From the IMG/VR virus record IMGVR_UViG_3300025645_000067, positions 2,949-66,948 of that record: DNA of 64,000 nt; one strand, given 5' to 3'. The translations under genes and the position numbers were made by a program. Below, in pieces: positions 38,303 through 47,011 of the stretch. Below the pieces are notes generated by a model. That model ran no database searches. It saw only the letters and a list, made by a program, of their open reading frames with translations, and was not told the DNA's origin. The DNA is from a virus. Position 1 is the stretch's first letter, and every line of letters begins with the position of its first letter.

Positions 38303-38884
38303 ATGAGTAACAAGGCATTTTATTTAGACAAGTTAAAAACAGAAGTAAACCCAGTTAAAAAAGTAGGGTGGGATAATGTAGAACGTGCTCAACTAAGGTA
38401 TGAGCATACAGCAGGACAATTAAGATATTTGGGATGTACCTCAGTATTAGATTATGGTTGTGGTATTGGAGGGCTTTATAAATATGTGAAGAATGACATG
38501 TACTATGTAGGTTACGATATTGTAGAGGAGTATAAACAAGATTTACTTATCCCATCAGAGCAATTTGTAACCAAGTTTCCTTATACCTCAGTATTCGATG
38601 CCTCAGTTTTATTAGGTACGTTTACACTAAACAAGGAGGAGTTAAGCAATGATGCTTTTTTTGCGGAGTTTGCTAAGGTTATAGAAAATAATATAACTTC
38701 TAATACAGATTATTTAGTTATGACTGGATTCCATGAAGGAGTAGATAAAAAAGACCCCAAATTATACTACTTCAATATAAATCAACTAGTTAAATATTTG
38801 CATTCAATTGGTTATGTAGATATTAAAATAACTTTTCCTATTTCTCCTTATGAAATATTCCTAAAAGCTAAACTTTCTTTGTAA
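38303..38884 (+). CDS. class I SAM-dependent methyltransferase (small-molecule / sugar type)
   Basis: VGW...AQLRY...SVLDYGCGIGGL...YVGYDI...GTF. Confidence 0.85.
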   Translation: MSNKAFYLDKLKTEVNPVKKVGWDNVERAQLRYEHTAGQLRYLGCTSVLDYGCGIGGLYKYVKNDMYYVGYDIVEEYKQDLLIPSEQFVTKFPYTSVFDASVLLGTFTLNKEELSNDAFFAEFAKVIENNITSNTDYLVMTGFHEGVDKKDPKLYYFNINQLVKYLHSIGYVDIKITFPISPYEIFLKAKLSL

Positions 38885-38890
38885 AAAACT

Positions 38891-38921
38891 TTTTATAATT
38901 ATAAAATAATCGTATCTTTAC
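38891..38921 (+). promoter_or_regulatory. promoter cassette copy 4 (perfect palindrome)
   Basis: TTTTATAATTATAAAA-N6-TATCTTTAC. Confidence 0.8.
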
Positions 38922-38956
38922 TTTAAATATTAAATAACTGAATAACTGAAAAATTT

Positions 38957-39595
38957 ATGGCACAGTACTTGAACTTAGAGTCTGGAAAAAATTTCTTTGT
39001 AGTATCTTCTTTATTTCAAAAATCCATTAGGAGAGGATTAGAGGAAGAAGCTATATGGTGTGCGAGTGAGTTTTACATCTCAGGGTATGCTAATTATGCT
39101 TGGAAGAGGATGTTAATTATGGTATCGGAGGATGTAGGTTTAGCCAATCCACAATTACCACAGCAAATGAGTAGCTTGTATGAATTGTACACCACTTTAA
39201 AAAGTATGAAAGATAAGGGGCTACCAGAAAAACTACCTTTCGTACAAGCAGTATTAATGTTAGTACGTTCTCCTAAATCTCGATTGGTAGATAATAAGTT
39301 ATGTGCTTATTTCGACTGTAGAGAGGAGATGGAAGAGCCAAACTTTCAAGATTTTAAAAAGTACGATTGGGTTTACGACATGCACACCAGTAGAGGCAAA
39401 AGATTAGGAAGAGGGAATAAACACTTTTTTGAGGTAGCAGGGCATATTGAAAATGATAACTTACAAGAAGTACCAGACGAATATAAATTTAGGGATTTTG
39501 TGGCTAAACTCTATGAGAAAAAGGACGAGGCAGAAAAACAACAGGTGAAGGTTAGAAAGAGTAATCAGACTACACTTGATTTAACCGATGATTGA
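38957..39595 (+). CDS. stand-alone RarA/MgsA C-terminal-like domain protein
   Basis: SLFQKSIRRG...WKRMLIMVSEDVGLANP...LVRSPKSR...DMHT..G; no Walker A/B. Confidence 0.75.
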   Translation: MAQYLNLESGKNFFVVSSLFQKSIRRGLEEEAIWCASEFYISGYANYAWKRMLIMVSEDVGLANPQLPQQMSSLYELYTTLKSMKDKGLPEKLPFVQAVLMLVRSPKSRLVDNKLCAYFDCREEMEEPNFQDFKKYDWVYDMHTSRGKRLGRGNKHFFEVAGHIENDNLQEVPDEYKFRDFVAKLYEKKDEAEKQQVKVRKSNQTTLDLTDD

Positions 39596-39605
39596 AACAT
39601 TTATT

Positions 39606-39740
39606 CCCCTCCCATTTGGGGCATTAAGCAGCCTGACATTTATTTGTCAGGTTGCTAATGTGTAAAGAAGGTAGGCGATACGTTGTATCGTCATAGTGCG
39701 GTGTATCCCTAGTCAGAGATGATTAGGGGTACTCTTTATT
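39606..39740 (+). ncRNA. candidate structured RNA (three hairpins)
   Basis: Stems 39627-38/39645-56, 39674-81/39685-92 and 39703-15/39720-32 (GAGA loop); G-U pairs favour the + strand. Confidence 0.45.
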
Positions 39741-39752
39741 AAAAAAGAAATT

Positions 39753-40412
39753 ATGTGGCATGATAAATCAGTATTGGTAGTGGTAGCTCATCCAGACGAT
39801 GTGGTTTTAGGATGCTCAGGTTTAATATGTAAACTAAAATCTTTGGGCTGTACTATCCATCTTTGTTATCTTAGCGGAGGCTATAATGGAAGAGCTAAGA
39901 GAACCAAGATGGAAAGTTACGTAGAGACAGTAGCCAATAGATTAGGAACAACTAGTTTTGAAATATTAGATTTCCAATCTTCTAAATTTGACCAATACCA
40001 TCAAAGCGTTTTGAATGATGCTATATATGGTGCTATTGTGCGTACTAATGCGGAGATAGTATTAACCCATGATAGTAACGACCTTCACAATGACCATTTA
40101 ATGGCTTTTAAGGGGGTTATGGTTGGATGCCGATACAAACCGACCTCTACAGTAAAACAAGTCCTTACATTTCCTGTAATTAGCTCTAGTGACATTTCCC
40201 CTACCTATAAATTCAAGGCAGACCTCTACACCGATATAACCGAGTACATTGATTTTAAATGTAATTTGATGAAGGTATATAAAGAAGAATTTGAAGCTAT
40301 GCCTAAAAAGAGGGGAGGAGAGCATATTAAAATACATGCAGCTTATTGGGGAAGTCACATTAATGTAGACTATGCAGAACCTTTTAAAATAATTAGGTTA
40401 ATCCTAAACTAA
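39753..40412 (+). CDS. PIG-L/LmbE family N-deacetylase
   Basis: VLVVVAHPDD, DLHNDH, YAEPF. Confidence 0.9.
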   Translation: MWHDKSVLVVVAHPDDVVLGCSGLICKLKSLGCTIHLCYLSGGYNGRAKRTKMESYVETVANRLGTTSFEILDFQSSKFDQYHQSVLNDAIYGAIVRTNAEIVLTHDSNDLHNDHLMAFKGVMVGCRYKPTSTVKQVLTFPVISSSDISPTYKFKADLYTDITEYIDFKCNLMKVYKEEFEAMPKKRGGEHIKIHAAYWGSHINVDYAEPFKIIRLILN

Positions 40413-40769
40413 GTATAATGCTAACAATAATTTTAATAAGTATATTTAGGAAAGACTACCAAAAGACTAAGACTATCATCTCAGGAGAGTTGCACCTAAT
40501 TATAATTTTATTTTTGACAGCATTATTCATTGATATATTTTGTTTATCCCTTATCCCATGCTAATATTAACTTTGTCCATAATTATAGTAGGTAGCGGTA
40601 TATACGCTGACACTAAAAAACAAATAACCAATGGTAATAAATTTACAAGATGACATTTATTGCGTTTGTATCCCTTCTTTTGATACAAGTACTGTTTATG
40701 TTTGTCCTAATTGTAACACTAGTTTTATACTAAAAACTAATAATTTAGTAACAATCAGAATTAAAAATA

Positions 40770-41252
40770 ATGAAAGTACCTAAAAGATTAACAGAAGATT
40801 TAATAGCAGTAGCTAAAGACCCCTGCACTAAACAGGAGGCATTAAACTTATTCAAAAAGAATAAGATTATCTTAACTATTAAAAAGATAATGAAGGATAT
40901 AAGCTTAGTTAGGAAGGAAGGAGATGAAATAAAAACCCTTCTCCACAAGAATAGGGAACAAGAATTAAAAATGGAGGCTAAGTTAGAAGAGACAAAACAA
41001 AAATTAACCTACCTAGCCAAGTACCGCTTAGGAGATACCGTATTTATTAAAAATAAATACGGTTGGGGAGGTGGATACCTAAAAGGTAAGGTATCCAAAG
41101 TATGTGCTACAGTACCTTTAGATAAATTGACTTTTATGTATAAAGTCAATAAGGTATTAAAAAATGGGGGCATGGGCAAATATGCTATAGAGCATAGTTA
41201 TAAGAATTATAAAGAAGAGGAGTTATATCCAACAGACCCACAAAACAAGTAA
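40770..41252 (+). CDS. hypothetical protein
   Basis: 160 aa; coiled coil, then KYRLGDTVF SH3-like end. Confidence 0.65.
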   Translation: MKVPKRLTEDLIAVAKDPCTKQEALNLFKKNKIILTIKKIMKDISLVRKEGDEIKTLLHKNREQELKMEAKLEETKQKLTYLAKYRLGDTVFIKNKYGWGGGYLKGKVSKVCATVPLDKLTFMYKVNKVLKNGGMGKYAIEHSYKNYKEEELYPTDPQNK

Positions 41253-41253
41253 T

Positions 41254-42063
41254 ATGAAATTAGATCATAAAGGAGCTAAGATATACGAGAACCTAGGGGA
41301 TGTACCTACTTATGATTCAACACCCAAAAAAGTGTTTATATCCCAACCAAGATACCTACCTAATCTATCTTATCTCAAAAAGATATTAGATTCAGACATC
41401 TTTATTATACTGGATGATGTACAGATAAACAAGAGAGCCTACCAGCATAGGAATAAGATGGTAAGAAAAGGACACCTACCCAAATGGTTAACTATCCCAT
41501 TAGCTACAGGTAATAGAGAGGAGATAAGGAGTAGTATGATAGAAAAGACTTTTAGCTTTAATCTCCATTTTAATACAATTGATAATTGGTACAAACCTAT
41601 AAAGGGCGGTTATGATGATACTTACTATTTAGAGTACATGAATTACCTCTCTTCTATCTTAGAGGATGATGATAATCATAATTTAGGAGAAGTATTAGCT
41701 TTTGGATTACATAGGTTACTAACCGATTTAGGATATAAAGGAAAGGTAGTATACTCCTCAGATTTATCTCAAATTATTAATGATAGGCTAGGAATTATTG
41801 TTCAGGGTAAACAAAAACTAATGTTACTTTGTAGAGAAGTGTATGGTAATGGTTTAATAGTGGGAACAGGAGCAGCAGATTATGGATTGACTGCTAATTA
41901 TGGTAATTTGTATAATATTGACGTAGATTTAAGAGATTATGAGGTAAAGGGGTACGAAGGAACACCAGAGCAGCATTTACCATTTGCCCACTTTGAATTG
42001 ATTGGGGAAAATGTAAAAGATTTGCTAGAGAATAAAATGATTAATTATGGAATTAAAAGATAA
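41254..42063 (+). CDS. WbqC-like protein
   Basis: QPRYLPNLSYLKKILDSDIFIILDDVQ...QHRNK...WLTIP...SSDL...KLMLLC...GTGAADY. Confidence 0.85.
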   Translation: MKLDHKGAKIYENLGDVPTYDSTPKKVFISQPRYLPNLSYLKKILDSDIFIILDDVQINKRAYQHRNKMVRKGHLPKWLTIPLATGNREEIRSSMIEKTFSFNLHFNTIDNWYKPIKGGYDDTYYLEYMNYLSSILEDDDNHNLGEVLAFGLHRLLTDLGYKGKVVYSSDLSQIINDRLGIIVQGKQKLMLLCREVYGNGLIVGTGAADYGLTANYGNLYNIDVDLRDYEVKGYEGTPEQHLPFAHFELIGENVKDLLENKMINYGIKR

Positions 42064-42565
42064 GGACGGCAAGATAATTAGTAATAGAGGTAACCGTACA
42101 GGTAATAGAGTAAGTGATATTGAGATTATAGAGAGGATAGGTGCTGTATATCAAGGACTTATGAAAGGTTGGTCAAGAACTAAATTAATTCAGTATGGTT
42201 CAAATGTATGGGGTGTAGGTACTAGACAGGTAGATAATTACATTAAAAGAGCTAGGGGTATTGTGCTTGGGGAGGTTACTAAAAACATGGTTTATGATTA
42301 TAAGTTAGCCATACTCAGGTTAACTGAATTATACTCAAAAGCGCAAGCAGAAAATAACTATTTAGCTTGTAGATTTATTTTAAACGATTTACACAAGATT
42401 CAAGGTCTTTACACAACTAAGGTTCATGTACAAATTGACGGTGAAGTAAATGTAACGCATGAGTTAGCCAAGAAATCTCCAAAAGAGTTGAAAGACCACA
42501 TTAGAAAGTTACGAGCAGCTAACAAAAAGCGTAGAAAAGAGCTAGGTTTACCTGACATAAAGTAA
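42047..42565 (+). CDS. terminase small subunit (putative)
   Basis: HTH WGVGTRQVDNYIKRAR; L.KIQGLY; directly upstream of the large terminase. Confidence 0.65.
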   Translation: MELKDKDGKIISNRGNRTGNRVSDIEIIERIGAVYQGLMKGWSRTKLIQYGSNVWGVGTRQVDNYIKRARGIVLGEVTKNMVYDYKLAILRLTELYSKAQAENNYLACRFILNDLHKIQGLYTTKVHVQIDGEVNVTHELAKKSPKELKDHIRKLRAANKKRRKELGLPDIK

Positions 42566-42665
42566 CTATAAATATTTTTGGTACTACATGAGTGGGGGGG
42601 GTAGACTAAGGTATTGGTAATCAAGTGTTTAGAAAAATCGTATTTTTACTAGAAAATAAGTTAAA

Positions 42666-44333
42666 ATGGTTACTAAAGATGAGACATTACAGCAGATAGA
42701 GCAGGACTTAGCAGCAGCCTTAGAATATGAGTTTATAGATGAGCAAAAGAAGTATTGGCAATTACATCCTATCAAGTGGTTATCAGAACGTTTTGGGGAA
42801 GAGGAGTATTTTGCGGAGTGGTCACAATTACCAGAGTATAAGAAACACGAACACGATGGAGATAAAGACCCTTTAGCGCAAGCATGGCGTTCTTTAGCAG
42901 CTAGGGAATGGACATCAATACAAGCAGCTACAGCTACAAGTAAGACTTTTATGGCGGCTAGGATTGTACTTTGGTTTTTAGATTGTTTCCCCAACTCCTT
43001 AGTTGTAACGTCTGCACCTAAGGAATCTCAATTAAAATTACACCTTTGGGCAGAGATAGGTAAGATATTCCCCAAGTTCAAGAAATTAAATCCAAAAGCA
43101 AAACTTTACTCCTTACGTTTAGTAATGGATGATACCGATGTAAATACGGTGGAGGAGGATGTAGCTAATTCAGCATGGCAAGCAGTAGGATTTGTTTGTG
43201 GTACAGGAGCAGATGAGCAATCAGCAACAAAAGCGCAAGGATTCCATAGAGAGGACATGCTCATCATAACCGAAGAAACTCCCGGGATGAATAAGGCAGT
43301 TTTGACAGCTTTTGAAAATACCTCAACTGGTGACAATAACCTAATTTTGGCGATGGGTAACCCAGATAGTGAGTTTGATACTTTGGGGCAATTTAGTAAG
43401 TATTCAAATGTAAACTCCTTTAGAATTTCAGCGTATGACTATCCTAATGTAGTCTGTAAGGATTCTAGTCTAATGGCAGGTGCAGTCACCCAAACTAGTA
43501 TAAATAGAAGAGCCTTGATGTACGGAGAGGAGTCTGGTTTATTTAAGTCAAGGGTAAGAGGACTATTTCCAAAACAATCAGAAGATAGTTTAATTAAGTA
43601 TGAGTGGGTAGAAAGGTGCGTTGATGCTGATCCATTAGATTCTAATGATGCTGATGTAAAAAGAGATTTACGACCTTCTTACAATGCTGTAGGGGTAGAT
43701 GTAGCTAATTCGGCAACAGGAGATAAAGCGGCTCTAGCTTGGGGGGAAGGACATTGCCTAATGAAGATTGTAGAATTTCAATGTACTAATGCTAACCATT
43801 TAGCTTATAATTTAATTTATACCTCAGAGCAATTAGAAAAGAATAATTGGACTGATTATGATACGGCAACAATAACCGATTATGATGTAATGCCCGAAAT
43901 GATAGGAGTGGATAGTAATGGTTTAGGTATAGCTACTCTTAATACTCTAATGGATTTCCCATGCAATTGTTACCCAGTACCCCTACATGGTGGAACATGG
44001 AAGGAAGTCATCCCAGAAGATGAAGGAGGTAGACCTATGTATAAATTCCAAACCTTAAGAGCACAAATGTATTGGGAGGCTAGAGAGGATTTAAGAAAAG
44101 GGCTAATAGGTATTTTTATTAGCGACCCATCAGTATTGCTACAGTTGAAAAAGGAGTTATGTATACCGAAATTTTGGGTGAAGGATACTTATACAGTAGT
44201 GGAGAGTAAGGAAGCTATTAAAAAGAGGCTAGGCGGTAAATCTCCTAACTTAGCAGATGCCTTTATTTATTGGAATTGGACAAGGAAGGGGTATAGATTT
44301 GAAATGGAAGCTCCTATAGCAGGAGGTATTTAA
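42666..44333 (+). CDS. terL: terminase large subunit
   Basis: Variant Walker A AATATSKT, IITEE, MGNP, GVDVA, SPNLADA. Confidence 0.92.
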   Translation: MVTKDETLQQIEQDLAAALEYEFIDEQKKYWQLHPIKWLSERFGEEEYFAEWSQLPEYKKHEHDGDKDPLAQAWRSLAAREWTSIQAATATSKTFMAARIVLWFLDCFPNSLVVTSAPKESQLKLHLWAEIGKIFPKFKKLNPKAKLYSLRLVMDDTDVNTVEEDVANSAWQAVGFVCGTGADEQSATKAQGFHREDMLIITEETPGMNKAVLTAFENTSTGDNNLILAMGNPDSEFDTLGQFSKYSNVNSFRISAYDYPNVVCKDSSLMAGAVTQTSINRRALMYGEESGLFKSRVRGLFPKQSEDSLIKYEWVERCVDADPLDSNDADVKRDLRPSYNAVGVDVANSATGDKAALAWGEGHCLMKIVEFQCTNANHLAYNLIYTSEQLEKNNWTDYDTATITDYDVMPEMIGVDSNGLGIATLNTLMDFPCNCYPVPLHGGTWKEVIPEDEGGRPMYKFQTLRAQMYWEAREDLRKGLIGIFISDPSVLLQLKKELCIPKFWVKDTYTVVESKEAIKKRLGGKSPNLADAFIYWNWTRKGYRFEMEAPIAGGI

Positions 44334-44342
44334 AAAACTATT

Positions 44343-45119
44343 ATGACTACTTTTATAAAATTTCTTCTATATTTGTACGGACTTCTTAATATAGAAAAGC
44401 CTACTACTATAGAAGAGGATAACAAGCCAGTAGAATTTATTGAGCCTACTCATTCAGATGAGGATGAGATAAGACAAGGAGATGATACTAAGGTTAAGGC
44501 TGGTTACTTGTGGCATCTAGATTCAGGGCATGGAGAAATGACTTTAGGTAAACGTTCTCCAAAGTTCCCAGATGGTTCAAGGTTCTATGAATGGGAGTTT
44601 AATAGAGATATAGTAGAACTGGTATCACAAGGATTACAAGAAAGGGGTATAAGCTTTAATATAGTAGTACCAGAAAATAGGGAAGGCTCTAATGCTTATG
44701 TAGGCAATATCCTAAAAGAACGAGTAAGGAGAGCCAATACTTTTGTATCGGATAAAACCCAAGTATTCTTATCCATCCATGCTAATGCTTATGGTGATGG
44801 AGTGAGATTTACAAGTGCTAGAGGTATCGAGACATGGATACATCATGGTAATGAGTTAGCTAGGAGGGTAGGACAAATATTCCAGACCCATTTACTAAAT
44901 GCCTATGATACAAGGGATAGGGGTATTAAGAGTAAAGAAAATAAACAGTTTTATGTGCTAAGGAATACCAACATGTTAGCTATTCTACTAGAGTGTGGTT
45001 TTTATACTAACTTGGAGGAGTGCAGTCTATTAAGGTCAAAAGAAGTAAAGATGGAGATAGCCTTCGCTATAGTTAAGGCTATTACCAAAATAGAGATAAA
45101 CGGATTATATCAAGTATAA
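44343..45119 (+). CDS. N-acetylmuramoyl-L-alanine amidase (Amidase_3), endolysin
   Basis: LDSGHG, YE, LKERV..AN, LSIHANA, YVLRNT...ILLECGFYTN. Confidence 0.93.
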   Translation: MTTFIKFLLYLYGLLNIEKPTTIEEDNKPVEFIEPTHSDEDEIRQGDDTKVKAGYLWHLDSGHGEMTLGKRSPKFPDGSRFYEWEFNRDIVELVSQGLQERGISFNIVVPENREGSNAYVGNILKERVRRANTFVSDKTQVFLSIHANAYGDGVRFTSARGIETWIHHGNELARRVGQIFQTHLLNAYDTRDRGIKSKENKQFYVLRNTNMLAILLECGFYTNLEECSLLRSKEVKMEIAFAIVKAITKIEINGLYQV

Positions 45120-45150
45120 AAGGCATTAATAAACAAAAAAAAAGTAACTT

Positions 45151-45252
45151 ATGTTTTACACTCTCATCATTTTGGTATCAATATTGGTATTAGATATATT
45201 GTACAAGATTTATAAATATTTCAAAAATAGGTATAATGGAAAGCATCTTTGA
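45151..45252 (+). CDS. 33-aa single-TM peptide (not in ORF track)
   Basis: MFYTLIILVSILVLDILYKIYKYFKNRYNGKHL*, directly after the endolysin. Confidence 0.45.
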   Translation: MFYTLIILVSILVLDILYKIYKYFKNRYNGKHL

Positions 45253-45553
45253 TTTGGTTGGTACATTGTTCGCTGTAGTAGATAACCTAGAGCCTACCAG
45301 AGGAACAAAAGTACTAAGAGAAAACAGGCGTTGGTTAAGATTCATCAAGAAAGTGAATAGAGATGTACGCAAGGGTAAGATTTCCCCACTCGTAGCGGAG
45401 CGTATGTTAAACCCTAAATTAAACACCATAGGCATTGAAGAGGCAGTAGAAGTTAGGGAGTTTATGAAATACCTACTCTCCACCGATTTAGCCGAAAGTA
45501 TCAATACTAAGTATAGAGAGTTCCAAAATGTAAGGGAGGAGTACAAAGATTAG
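45236..45553 (+). CDS. hypothetical protein
   Basis: 105 aa ORF before a terminator. Confidence 0.65.
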   Translation: MESIFDLVGTLFAVVDNLEPTRGTKVLRENRRWLRFIKKVNRDVRKGKISPLVAERMLNPKLNTIGIEEAVEVREFMKYLLSTDLAESINTKYREFQNVREEYKD

Positions 45554-45580
45554 TACTATTACATACTATGTAGCCTATAA

Positions 45581-45615
45581 AAAATCTGTTAGCGAAAGTT
45601 AGCAGGTTTTTTTTT
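45581..45615 (+). terminator. intrinsic terminator
   Basis: aaatctgttagc-GAAA-gttagcaggttt followed by T-run. Confidence 0.8.
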
Positions 45616-45718
45616 GGTTTATAGTAAAAATAAATTGCTAAAAACTTTTTATAACTATAAAATAATCGTATCTTTACATCATCAAACGAAATAAAATTTT
45701 AAAAACATCAAAAAATAA
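45612..45718 (+). repeat. 107-bp direct repeat containing promoter cassette copy 5 and leader
   Basis: Matches 49553-49659 with two mismatches by eye. Confidence 0.9.
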
Positions 45719-45723
45719 GAAAA

Positions 45724-46116
45724 ATGAAAAAGGTAATCAGTAATGAAGATTTAGCTAATCTATTTGAGTCAGGCAGTCTTTTTAAGTTGTTCAATAAGAC
45801 TATTAAGAAGCTTATTAAGAACGATAGCATCAAATGTGTGGGATATATTAATTTAGACTTGGATAAGGGCTTATATGCTCCTATGACCCATTTAATGTAT
45901 GATTCTATAGGTAAGGCAGGAGTGGTTTATTTAGTGAGTCGAGAAGGTGATATAACCAAGATAAGTGAGGAGCAGGAAGGAGAGGTAACATTAGGCAATA
46001 TCTTTGAGCCTATTGAGGTAGAAGAAAATAAAGATTTGATACTACGTACAAATGGTATTACAGTAGTAGCAGGGTTAAAAGGTGAAGGATTAAGAGAATT
46101 AGAACTTCCTTTTTAA
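45724..46116 (+). CDS. hypothetical protein (moron-like cassette)
   Basis: 130 aa ORF after promoter cassette. Confidence 0.7.
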   Translation: MKKVISNEDLANLFESGSLFKLFNKTIKKLIKNDSIKCVGYINLDLDKGLYAPMTHLMYDSIGKAGVVYLVSREGDITKISEEQEGEVTLGNIFEPIEVEENKDLILRTNGITVVAGLKGEGLRELELPF

Positions 46117-46190
46117 GATTAGCAAAAGTTAAGAGCAAGTGGGATGTTAGGTATCCCTACTATATAAAGATATTTCATAGTGTTTGTTTT

Positions 46191-46230
46191 TTGGGGGGTA
46201 GTTATAATTACTGCTCCTCAATTTTTTTTT
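46191..46230 (+). terminator. intrinsic terminator
   Basis: ttggggggtagt...actgctcctcaa followed by T9. Confidence 0.7.
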
Positions 46231-46251
46231 AAATTCCCTTAAAATAATGGT

Positions 46252-46494
46252 ATGAATAATACACCTAAAGTCAATCAATTACATGTTGATATTTTTACTG
46301 CTGCTGTAATGGGTACACAAGCCTTTAAAGACGGTAAGGTCAAAGCGGCAGGAGCTAATTTAGCTTTAATGAAAATAGTCTATGCTTACAAGACAGATAG
46401 CGGTTATGACCACAAATGTAGATGTAAAATAATGCGTACTTATACTAACAATTGGATATTAGCTAAGGAGGAAGCTGAAAAATTAAAAGTATGA
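46252..46494 (+). CDS. hypothetical protein
   Basis: 80 aa ORF. Confidence 0.6.
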   Translation: MNNTPKVNQLHVDIFTAAVMGTQAFKDGKVKAAGANLALMKIVYAYKTDSGYDHKCRCKIMRTYTNNWILAKEEAEKLKV

Positions 46495-46655
46495 ACGCTA
46501 AGGATAAGCACACCCTTACTTTAAAGTTATTTTTCGATGGTATCCAATTTGAACCAATCACTACGGATGGTTTATTGAAAGTGCATCAGAACAGTATTTT
46601 TAAATTAAGTTCTATCTTGGCAGATTTACCAGAGTACCTAAAAAGAGTAAAATGA
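46491..46655 (+). CDS. small hypothetical protein (54 aa, not in ORF track)
   Basis: ATGA overlaps with both neighbours. Confidence 0.55.
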   Translation: MNAKDKHTLTLKLFFDGIQFEPITTDGLLKVHQNSIFKLSSILADLPEYLKRVK

Positions 46656-46846
46656 CTATATTTAAAAGCGGAGAAAATTTAAAAGTAGGAAATAGCCTTT
46701 TGTACTGGTATACTCCTACACCTATTATAAGAATAGGGGCTAGATTTTTACATAAAAGTATCAATCGTTATTGTAGGGTAGCTTATTTTGCAGAACGCCC
46801 AGCAATGACTATTATAGAAGATGATATTTATAAAATAAATGTATGA
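46652..46846 (+). CDS. hypothetical protein
   Basis: 64 aa; ATGA-coupled. Confidence 0.5.
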   Translation: MTIFKSGENLKVGNSLLYWYTPTPIIRIGARFLHKSINRYCRVAYFAERPAMTIIEDDIYKINV

Positions 46847-46936
46847 AAAAGAAATTTAAAGAAGTAGGTTTTAGTAAATGTTAACGAGTTAAAGAAGAAA
46901 ATAAGAATATAGAGATATATTCAATTGTTAACCATT

Positions 46937-46967
46937 AGAGATGTCCAATCATTTGGGTATCTCTTTT
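46937..46967 (+). terminator. intrinsic terminator
   Basis: agagatgtccaa...ttgggtatctct followed by ttt. Confidence 0.7.
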
Positions 46968-46994
46968 GTATTGTTTGTTAAACTCCTATCTTTG
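46965..46994 (+). promoter_or_regulatory. consensus Bacteroidota promoter for the portal gene
   Basis: TTTG-N18-TATCTTTG. Confidence 0.6.
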
Positions 46995-47011
46995 TCTAAA
47001 AACTAAGTTAT

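Noticed and set aside
39606-39740. tRNA or hammerhead ribozyme
   Set aside because: No TTCGA T-loop or cloverleaf and no CUGANGA/GAAA core; kept only as an unclassified structured RNA.
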